IMG/VR virus record: IMGVR_UViG_3300023174_000004
Span: 1 to 62,438 of that record
Direction: 5' to 3' (one strand)
Length of the DNA: 62,438 bases
Source: a virus
Taxonomy: Duplodnaviria; Caudoviricetes
Below, one piece after another: positions 55,803 through 62,438 of the stretch. The position numbers and the translations under genes are program-made. A model generated the notes under the pieces. It worked only from the letters and a program-made list of their open reading frames with translations, made no database searches and was not told the DNA's origin. How positions within the stretch are numbered: the stretch's first letter is position 1; every line of letters begins with the position of its first letter.

Positions 55803-56538
55803 TTGCTACTTTCAAGTGCGGTTTTGCATGCTCCTTGAGGAGTGGTTGCAAAGCGTCTTGCTCAAAGTTACGGGTGAATTCTTGTGTGCCGATGTGCGGC
55901 AAGCTGATCATTGGGTCGAGGTAAATCTTGTACCCGTGCTCTCTGGCCCTGCGGCAGAACAGGTAGTCTTCCCCAATGTACTCTCCATTGACAATAGCAA
56001 AGTCAAAGACCGCGTACTCATCTGCGCCGTCGCCGTCGCCTTTGTACTTCCACTCAGGGTGAGCTGCGATCAGGGACTCAATGACATGGCGGCGGATTAA
56101 CATGAACCCGGTTGCCACGCTCTCAACCCGCATTAGGCCGTTCTCGTCAAACTCCAACTGGTTGTGTTTATCCAGATAGAAGTCTAGGAAGAACTTGGCA
56201 TCTGCTGCCCTGCGGGGGTACGTCCCAGCCACAATGTCCCGGTCTGTAGACAGAGCCAGCAAGCGGGTTACAGCGTCCACATTGATGACCACATCAGCGT
56301 CTACAAACAGCAGATCAGTGCAGTCTGAGTCCATGAAGTTCATCACCAGCTTGTTCCGAGCCTTGGTGATGATTGAGCAGCCAGACAGGTGCACCAGATG
56401 AATCTGGACACCCATCTTGTCCAACTTGGGGACAAGTTGCGCTATGGCAAAGCAGGTCTTGATGTTGACCTTACCATCGTAACAAGGGATCGCAATCATA
56501 AGCTTGCGTCCCACCAAGTTGAAGCTCTTATCAGCCAT
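55795..56538 (-). CDS. Glycosyltransferase-like (GT-A fold) protein
   Basis: IAIPCY, ARNKLV, LLFVDAD (DxD), ATGFMLI, GEDYLFC, LPHIG. Confidence 0.75.
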   Translation of the reverse strand: MADKSFNLVGRKLMIAIPCYDGKVNIKTCFAIAQLVPKLDKMGVQIHLVHLSGCSIITKARNKLVMNFMDSDCTDLLFVDADVVINVDAVTRLLALSTDRDIVAGTYPRRAADAKFFLDFYLDKHNQLEFDENGLMRVESVATGFMLIRRHVIESLIAAHPEWKYKGDGDGADEYAVFDFAIVNGEYIGEDYLFCRRAREHGYKIYLDPMISLPHIGTQEFTRNFEQDALQPLLKEHAKPHLKVANG

Positions 56539-56812
56539 AGAACACCACTGCGGTTGTTGTTGCGCCTACCACTGCGGAGATGTTGGTATTACATTTAATA
56601 CCTTCTCCAGGGAACAGAATGTAGATAGAACCCGCCGCCGCTGGCGCAGTGAATGAAAACATAGCTGTCCCGCCTGTTCCGTCATTTAATACAACCGTTG
56701 CGCCCGTTGAGTAACTGATTGATATACCTTTAATGCGGGCGGGCCCACCAAAGATAGTAGTAGTCGCTCCAGCAGCCGCAGCCGCTGACTTAACGTCTGT
56801 TTGCATTGCCAT
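56531..56812 (-). CDS. Small virion structural protein
   Basis: Beta-rich, FPGEGI motif; AGGAG RBS. Confidence 0.65.
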   Translation of the reverse strand: MAMQTDVKSAAAAAGATTTIFGGPARIKGISISYSTGATVVLNDGTGGTAMFSFTAPAAAGSIYILFPGEGIKCNTNISAVVGATTTAVVFYG

Positions 56813-56855
56813 AATTAATCTCCTGTGAAGCGGGGGCCGAAGCCCCCTGGATCAA

Positions 56856-57380
56856 TTAAGCGGATGCTGGAAACTGCGTACCGTTAGAGTCGGCAACCAC
56901 ATACACGATGGTGTACTGCACAGTACCAGCGGTAACAGCAGCCACAGTGGGAGTCATTGTGGCAATCACTTTAACGTCCGTTGCGCCAATACCAATCCCG
57001 TTGGGGGATGCAGTAGAAGCTGCGCCACACCATGCGCCCAATTTGGCGGCTGCGTTGCTGATAGCCGCACGGCCAGCAGAAGTCACATCTGTAGCGGCCC
57101 AGTACAAAGCGGCGGTAGTGCCATCCCCAATGCTGACGTTGGCGGCGGTTGAACCTGTAAACGCAACAATGGTGTCAATGTTGATTTCAAGGATTTGAGC
57201 GCCAGCAGGCAGCACACAAATGGTGTCGGTAGTAGCTGAAGCAGCTTGACCGGTGTAGTTCTTTTTGAAGGTTTGAGAAACAACGGTTGCGCCGCAGTTT
57301 TCCATAGTACCGACAGTGGTGCCGGTGGTGTTACGAACAGTGCCCAACAGCCAGGGGCCAAGGTGAGTAGCGAAACCCAT
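56856..57380 (-). CDS. Putative capsid decoration/minor structural protein
   Basis: Ala/Thr-rich, LPAGAQILEI; directly follows the capsid gene. Confidence 0.6.
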   Translation of the reverse strand: MGFATHLGPWLLGTVRNTTGTTVGTMENCGATVVSQTFKKNYTGQAASATTDTICVLPAGAQILEINIDTIVAFTGSTAANVSIGDGTTAALYWAATDVTSAGRAAISNAAAKLGAWCGAASTASPNGIGIGATDVKVIATMTPTVAAVTAGTVQYTIVYVVADSNGTQFPASA

Positions 57381-57389
57381 AATCAATTC

Positions 57390-57460
57390 TCCATGCGTTA
57401 AGGCGTATCAATCTTGCATGACAGTCAGCCGGGACTGTTTGATACACCGGTTTTCCCGGA
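57390..57460 (-). ncRNA. Structured RNA downstream of the capsid gene (candidate Mu-gpT-DE-type motif)
   Basis: GGTGTATCAA/TTGATACGCC stem enclosing an ACAGTC/GACTGT hairpin; loop CATGC complementary to GCATG at the RBS. Confidence 0.55.
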
Positions 57461-57482
57461 ATAAATGCAATATACACTAAAA

Positions 57483-57509
57483 GAAAAAGGGGCACAAGGC
57501 CCCTTTTTC
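57483..57509 (-). terminator. Intrinsic terminator after the major capsid gene (possibly bidirectional)
   Basis: GAAAAAGGGGC-ACAAG-GCCCCTTTTTC. Confidence 0.8.
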
Positions 57510-57516
57510 AGTTTCA

Positions 57517-58425
57517 TCAAGCGCCAGGGGACCCGAAGATACCCAAGGGGTCTGACACGCCGAAGCTATAACGCTCACGGGCCTTGTAACGGACGTTACC
57601 AGTGTCGAAGTCACCATCCATCTTGGTGTCCAAAGGCATACGCACAAAGTGCTTCAGCCCGTTAGGCACGTCGGTAGACAGGAACCACGCATTGGTGTCG
57701 GTCAGGTAGTGGTTGACACAGTAGCCCTGGGGGATAGAGCCGTTGTTCTTCAACGCGTTGATGTCGTTGTCGGTCGTGCCAACACGCAATTCGGTCTCCA
57801 AGAGACGAGTTGCAACGAACATCAGAGCAGGAGGAACAATCAACTTCTTGGGCTTGGCTGCGATCAACAGGCCACGCTCGTCCGTCCATGCAGCGATCTG
57901 AATAACTGCGTTTTCCAACGAAGTCTCATTCAAGTCAGCGGCGGTAGCCGGGCGATTGCTGTTGGTTCCACCAGAGATCAACGGGTGGGCGGTAGAGCAT
58001 AAGCTCACGCCGTCACCGTAAGTCACCGTGGTGTTGAACGCATTGTTCAACACAAAGGCAGCTTTGACCTGTTTGGTGTAAGCCATACCGCGAGCCAGCG
58101 ATTTGGTGTAGCGGCTGGACAACGAGTCATACAAGTTGTCTTCCACTGCTTCTTCCGTGATGGCGAAGCCCATTGCGATGGTTTCATGGTTGTAGCGAGC
58201 AGTCCATGCTTCCTGGGCGTTGTCGTACTGGATCGCAGAACCTTCGTTCTTGACCGGTGCGGCAGAGAAGCCCGACAGTTTGGTCTCTTCCTCAAAGGAA
58301 CGCTCAGAAGTCTCGGTTTCGTAGATTTCTTTGTGCTCTTCAGGGTAGGTCGCATACTGCAAGCCGAACAAAGCGTTCAGGCCGGGGAGCAGTTCTTTAA
58401 GTAGTTGTGCGCGTGAAATTGCCAT
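57517..58425 (-). CDS. Major capsid protein (Mu gpT-like family)
   Basis: MAISRAQLLKELLPGLNALFG, SERSFEEE, EAVEDNLY, DGDFDTGNVRYKARERYSFG. Confidence 0.85.
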   Translation of the reverse strand: MAISRAQLLKELLPGLNALFGLQYATYPEEHKEIYETETSERSFEEETKLSGFSAAPVKNEGSAIQYDNAQEAWTARYNHETIAMGFAITEEAVEDNLYDSLSSRYTKSLARGMAYTKQVKAAFVLNNAFNTTVTYGDGVSLCSTAHPLISGGTNSNRPATAADLNETSLENAVIQIAAWTDERGLLIAAKPKKLIVPPALMFVATRLLETELRVGTTDNDINALKNNGSIPQGYCVNHYLTDTNAWFLSTDVPNGLKHFVRMPLDTKMDGDFDTGNVRYKARERYSFGVSDPLGIFGSPGA

Positions 58426-58435
58426 TTCTTACTCC

Positions 58436-59032
58436 TTAAACACCAGTGGTGTTGTTGTATTGGTGAGTGTTGATCTTCACCAAGAGTTCAGTGTAAGTGT
58501 CGGCAGCAGTGGCGGTCTCAGGCACAACGTCGATCACACGGATTGGGATGGTAGCGGTCGTACCAGCACCGGTCAGGGTCACAGCGTAAGCAGAATTACC
58601 AGTGGTAGTGCTGCCAGCGTTGAGAACCAGAGCCAAGTTAGTGCCGACAACAGTCCGTCCAGCGGAACTCATGGTAGTGCCAGAAGACACAACGGCGACC
58701 TTGAACAGGGCCATGGGGTCATCCACAACATACGCATAAGCATAGTTGCTAGTCGTGCTGATTGAAGCGGGAATATATTGGCTCTGAACGGTTTGGCCGC
58801 TAGAGTTCACATATTGACCGCCAACAACTACGCCAACAATAGTGCCAGAGTTGGTGGTGGTTGAGAGAATCAGATAGCCGGTGCTGTCGATTTGAACCGT
58901 ATCTCCAGAGAAGATAGCAGTACCAAAAGAAGCGGCAACGGGAATCTGTCGAATAGCACCAGCGTATGGCATGCCGTCAATACGATTGACAGGCTTTAGG
59001 CCATAGGGTGCGGAGACAGTGGGGTAAGCCAT
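58436..59032 (-). CDS. Putative capsid-associated (cement) protein
   Basis: APYGLKPV...VVDDP; directly upstream of the capsid gene. Confidence 0.6.
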   Translation of the reverse strand: MAYPTVSAPYGLKPVNRIDGMPYAGAIRQIPVAASFGTAIFSGDTVQIDSTGYLILSTTTNSGTIVGVVVGGQYVNSSGQTVQSQYIPASISTTSNYAYAYVVDDPMALFKVAVVSSGTTMSSAGRTVVGTNLALVLNAGSTTTGNSAYAVTLTGAGTTATIPIRVIDVVPETATAADTYTELLVKINTHQYNNTTGV

Positions 59033-59049
59033 TGAAAGACTCCTAAAGA

Positions 59050-59517
59050 TTAAGAACCAGAACCGAAAGCTCGTCCCTTAGTCACTGTTGAGCGGCGCTC
59101 ATTAAACAGCGGCATACGGGCATCGCTCTCGCGCATGTAGGTGTTGTCTACCGAATCAATTTGCGAATCAGTAATATTTTGGAAAAACTGACTACGCTGA
59201 CCGACAAACTCCACCGGGGTTTTACAGAGGATGAGTCCACCTACTTCGATCGCATCTTTAAACCGACTATTGGGTTCGGCAAAAAGCTGCGCCTCAGGGT
59301 GATCCGAAGCCTTCACAGGCTCCCAGCCCTCGCGGAATTTTGAAGATACATTCTTGGCATCAGCTTGACCCATCATGCTGGTACGAATCCAGCGAAACGC
59401 ATAGCCCGGCTCTTCGTCAACTTCGGGTAGAAGTTCAGCGGGTGCCCATTTGGTTATTGGGCGCACTTCACGAGCGCGAGATTCTGCAATACGATTGGTT
59501 CTAGTCTGTTCAGTCAT
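59050..59517 (-). CDS. Conserved head-module protein
   Basis: GYAFRWIR, REGWEPV, VGGLILCK. Confidence 0.65.
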   Translation of the reverse strand: MTEQTRTNRIAESRAREVRPITKWAPAELLPEVDEEPGYAFRWIRTSMMGQADAKNVSSKFREGWEPVKASDHPEAQLFAEPNSRFKDAIEVGGLILCKTPVEFVGQRSQFFQNITDSQIDSVDNTYMRESDARMPLFNERRSTVTKGRAFGSGS

Positions 59518-60485
59518 GTTTTCCTCATTTCTTCCGCAACCTTACGAGCATAGAGTTCCAAAGGAATTCCAAGCCGCTTGGCGATATTCACCTGCGACGG
59601 GCTGAGCACGATTTTTTTAGATGCAGTGCTGCGCGTTGCGGGTGCAACAACATTTGCTTTCGGGCGCTGAGAAGAGTTAGCTTCAGCGGGATCATCGGAC
59701 GCAAATTTATCCGAGAACCTTTGGCGAATCTCTCCGTTGAGTCTCTTGTAGTACTCATCCGAAGTAGGGTCAACACCATCTTCCAAAACCAGCTTTTCAT
59801 GCAACGCGAGAGCATAGCTGGTCATTAGCCGGTCTTTTCCGAACCATGGATTCTTAGCTTGCCAAGCATCCACTTTAGGATCAGACGGTGCTTCCCGCGT
59901 GATTGGTGTAGTTTGTACCTCAACATCATCCGTTTGTAAAGGGGTAGCTTTAAAATTACTTACCTTGTCCGCACGAATCTTGGCGGTGGTCAGGTTTTCC
60001 TGGGCTTCCACAAGCCTGTCAGAGTCTCCAGACTCATACGCTTCTTTGTAAGCACGCTTGGCTGTCTCAACTTCGTTGGCAACAACCCGTTTAGCCTGCT
60101 CAAGTAGTGCTTCTTGGTTAGTATTCAACGATCCTTTGAGCTTTTTATTCTCATCTACGACCGTCTGCGCCAACCGCAAAGCCTCTTCTTTTTCACGGAA
60201 AGCCGCCTCTTTTGCCCGGCGTTCATCGTGATAGCCACGCCCCAAGTGAGCCAATCGCTCCTTGAGTCGCTTGTCGCTGTATTTAGACAGTTCCTCGTCC
60301 GTCACCTCATCAGGGGGGGTGTCCAGGGGCTTACGGCCTCTGTCCTGTGCGGGTGTATCGTCAACGATTTCTATCTCAGGCTCGCTTATAGAGACTCCAG
60401 ACTCTTCCAAGTCCTTTGCCGCCTTTGCTTCAGCCTCTTCCTTTTCGTCCGGAAACTCGAACGTAGTCTTTTCAAATTCGGCCAT
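59514..60485 (-). CDS. Putative scaffolding protein
   Basis: Acidic N-terminus, long coiled coil, W..KNPWFG, IAKRLGIPLELYA. Confidence 0.6.
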   Translation of the reverse strand: MAEFEKTTFEFPDEKEEAEAKAAKDLEESGVSISEPEIEIVDDTPAQDRGRKPLDTPPDEVTDEELSKYSDKRLKERLAHLGRGYHDERRAKEAAFREKEEALRLAQTVVDENKKLKGSLNTNQEALLEQAKRVVANEVETAKRAYKEAYESGDSDRLVEAQENLTTAKIRADKVSNFKATPLQTDDVEVQTTPITREAPSDPKVDAWQAKNPWFGKDRLMTSYALALHEKLVLEDGVDPTSDEYYKRLNGEIRQRFSDKFASDDPAEANSSQRPKANVVAPATRSTASKKIVLSPSQVNIAKRLGIPLELYARKVAEEMRKT

Positions 60486-60495
60486 GAGTTACTCC

Positions 60496-60897
60496 TTATG
60501 CACGGGAAATACCACGCGGGTCTTGAACCACAGCTTCGACCGAGTCATCGTTGATGATGCGGAACTCTTTGCCATGAATCTTGATCCGTGTACCGGTGTT
60601 GGGTCTAACCAACACAAAGTCCCCTGTCTTGCATGACGCACCACTGGGGAAACGCTTTTCATCTTTGTACGCATCAGGTCCCATCTTGACGACATACAAC
60701 ACAGGGGAGAGGACCTCCTCGTAGTGCAGCGTCTGACTAGCTTTCACTATGCCGCTGTCGTAGGACTCATCGATTTCAGGTAAAACACACAGAAGATGGA
60801 AGGTGGCGGGATCGGGAACCTGCCGTGCTTTCTCTTCAGCCGTTTCGGGAAGGACAGTTGATGTTGCACCGTCTTGGCTTACGAGGATTTCACTCAT
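60496..60897 (-). CDS. groES: GroES-like co-chaperonin
   Basis: VVKMGPDAY, CKTGDFVL, GKEFRIINDDSVEAVV. Confidence 0.75.
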   Translation of the reverse strand: MSEILVSQDGATSTVLPETAEEKARQVPDPATFHLLCVLPEIDESYDSGIVKASQTLHYEEVLSPVLYVVKMGPDAYKDEKRFPSGASCKTGDFVLVRPNTGTRIKIHGKEFRIINDDSVEAVVQDPRGISRA

Positions 60898-61081
60898 TGT
60901 CTAATTGCTCCATTCGTTTAGCGAAGTCTTGAAGTGTTAAGTTGGCGTGGTCAAGACCTCGAATCACCCCCACCAACTCTCGGTACTCGGCATAGTCTTT
61001 AGCTGCGCCCGTACAAAGCCTGTCTACCGCCTGCTGGCGGTACTCGTCGTTTTGTTTCTTTAAAAACTCTATTTCTGTCAT
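60890..61081 (-). CDS. Hypothetical protein
   Basis: DYAEYRELVGVIRGL; lies between the portal and GroES genes. Confidence 0.65.
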   Translation of the reverse strand: MTEIEFLKKQNDEYRQQAVDRLCTGAAKDYAEYRELVGVIRGLDHANLTLQDFAKRMEQLDNE

Positions 61082-62438
61082 TTATTCCCTCTTGAGGTAG
61101 TGATGTGCTTAACAGCATCAAGCTTTATCTTCTTGTCAGCTTGCCGTTCTTGTGCGGTGACACGAGTGTTTTCTTTCTGCAAGTCGGCTGCAACACGGGC
61201 CTGCTCTAGCTGGAGTTTCTGCTGGTTCAACTGAATATCAGCCTTCATTTTCTGCGCCCGAGTCTGAGCTTCTTGCTGCTTGATCTGCAACTCAGCCTGC
61301 TGCATCTGGAGGATCGGGTCTTTTGCCAACTCCTGGTTCTTCTGCTGCTGTGCCATAGCCATGTTCTGCTGGAGCAACTGAGTAGACGCCTGCGCTACAA
61401 GCTGTGACAACTGGACTTCTACATCTTCAGGCAACTGTGCATTAGGCTTGGGCAAAGCCACACCCAACTGTTCCTCAATCTTCTTGCGGTACAGATACGC
61501 CAAGTGCTCAGCAATGTGAGCCTGGATCGCCCCCATCATCTGCTGCGCCATCGGGTTCTGCCCCATCTGTTGCATGATCATCGGGTCCTGCATAAACGTC
61601 GAGTGCGTCGCAATGTGTGCGTCATGATCCTGGTAGATAAACGCCTTGGTTGGCTCTCCGTTCAGGAACGCCATGTTCTCACTGATCGGGTCACGCGGGG
61701 TCTGATCATCTTCAATCGGAACTAACTTCTCCGCATTCTTAACCCCCAGTACCTCAATCATCTGTCTGTGCAAGTTAGGCAGGTTGTATATCTGAGGAGC
61801 TTGCTGAGCCAACTGAATCACAGCTTGATACTGCATGATCCGCTGAGCCATCGTGCTGCTGTTGGGGTCACTGACTGGAATGACCTCCACCATGTCATAG
61901 TCTTCTTGCTTAGCAGACGCATCTCCTGACTCAGGTTCATAGTCATACTGGCTCGGAGTGTTATCCCTGATGATGGCCTTGAGTATCTTGAACTCCTGCT
62001 TCATCGAGTTGTGTACCCGCGCCTGCACAGCACCCATGATCTTTAACTGCCGCTCAAGCAACGCCAGCGTCGTACCAACAGGAGCCTGAGCACTCATGTC
62101 ACTGACCTTCATGTCAGCAATAGAACCCAGCCGTCGGCCTTCATCAGTGATTTGGTTGAGCAGGCCCATCAATACTTGGCTTGGCTCTTTGTAAGGCAGA
62201 GTCATGATGTTATCCTTGATGCTCCCAGAGGGGACATCCACATCTCTGAACTCTCCTGGGGCGATCGGGGTATCGTCTCCCTTAACCCTTAAACCCCTAG
62301 ATTTCAAGCCGCCCGGCAAATTGCTTAAAGTGCCTGCATCTACCAACTGCCGGATAAGACTTGTGCCAGCACGGGCGTAACCACCAATAATGTGGATAAG
62401 ACCCATGCCATACGCCCCGAACCCAGGGATATAGTCAT
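61078..62438 (-). CDS. Portal protein, C-terminal part
   Basis: LRQLVDAGTLSNLPGG-type segment, PGEFRDVDV, LPYKEPS and a Q-rich C-terminal coiled coil typical of podovirus-like portals; joins 1-1114. Confidence 0.85.
   Translation of the reverse strand, partial: DYIPGFGAYGMGLIHIIGGYARAGTSLIRQLVDAGTLSNLPGGLKSRGLRVKGDDTPIAPGEFRDVDVPSGSIKDNIMTLPYKEPSQVLMGLLNQITDEGRRLGSIADMKVSDMSAQAPVGTTLALLERQLKIMGAVQARVHNSMKQEFKILKAIIRDNTPSQYDYEPESGDASAKQEDYDMVEVIPVSDPNSSTMAQRIMQYQAVIQLAQQAPQIYNLPNLHRQMIEVLGVKNAEKLVPIEDDQTPRDPISENMAFLNGEPTKAFIYQDHDAHIATHSTFMQDPMIMQQMGQNPMAQQMMGAIQAHIAEHLAYLYRKKIEEQLGVALPKPNAQLPEDVEVQLSQLVAQASTQLLQQNMAMAQQQKNQELAKDPILQMQQAELQIKQQEAQTRAQKMKADIQLNQQKLQLEQARVAADLQKENTRVTAQERQADKKIKLDAVKHITTSRGNK
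62364..62438. repeat. Terminal direct repeat (copy of 1-75)
   Basis: Exact 75-nt match to the window start. Confidence 0.95.

Noticed and set aside
3930-62150. Additional hammerheads at other CTGATGA/TCATCAG sites (for example ~3936, 13156, 15412, 17757, 60306, 62141)
   Set aside because: I could not find an adjacent stem II, GAAA and stem III by eye. A covariance search is needed to exclude divergent copies.

Overview
This is an apparently complete, circularly assembled ~62.36-kb tailed dsDNA phage genome: nt 1-75 repeat nt 62364-62438, and the portal gene crosses that junction. It looks podovirus-like, probably infecting a proteobacterium (inference). The + arm (3.5-26.7 kb) carries cassette-like early genes, an iteron-rich putative origin, a MoxR-type AAA+/VWA-metallopeptidase module, a VRR-NUC nuclease, a family-A DNA polymerase, a PD-(D/E)XK exonuclease, an SNF2 helicase, a putative SSB and a primase-helicase. 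The - arm carries terminase, portal, GroES, scaffold, a gpT-like major capsid protein, tail and fibre genes, lysis genes and large internal virion proteins. The most striking signal is a pair of type I hammerhead ribozymes (3745-3796 and 3991-4042). Their CUGAUGA cores supply the stop codons of consecutive small early genes, so the early transcript would self-process and release a 246-nt single-gene RNA that could circularise. Other unexplained signals include 12 perfect CTCAG-N6-CTGAG palindromes, a conserved box after each early terminator, a pseudoknot-like RNA downstream of the capsid gene, and a probable AUU-initiated gene. No integrase, tRNA, CRISPR array or reverse transcriptase was seen. 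All product calls rest on motifs and gene context read by eye; no database searches were run.
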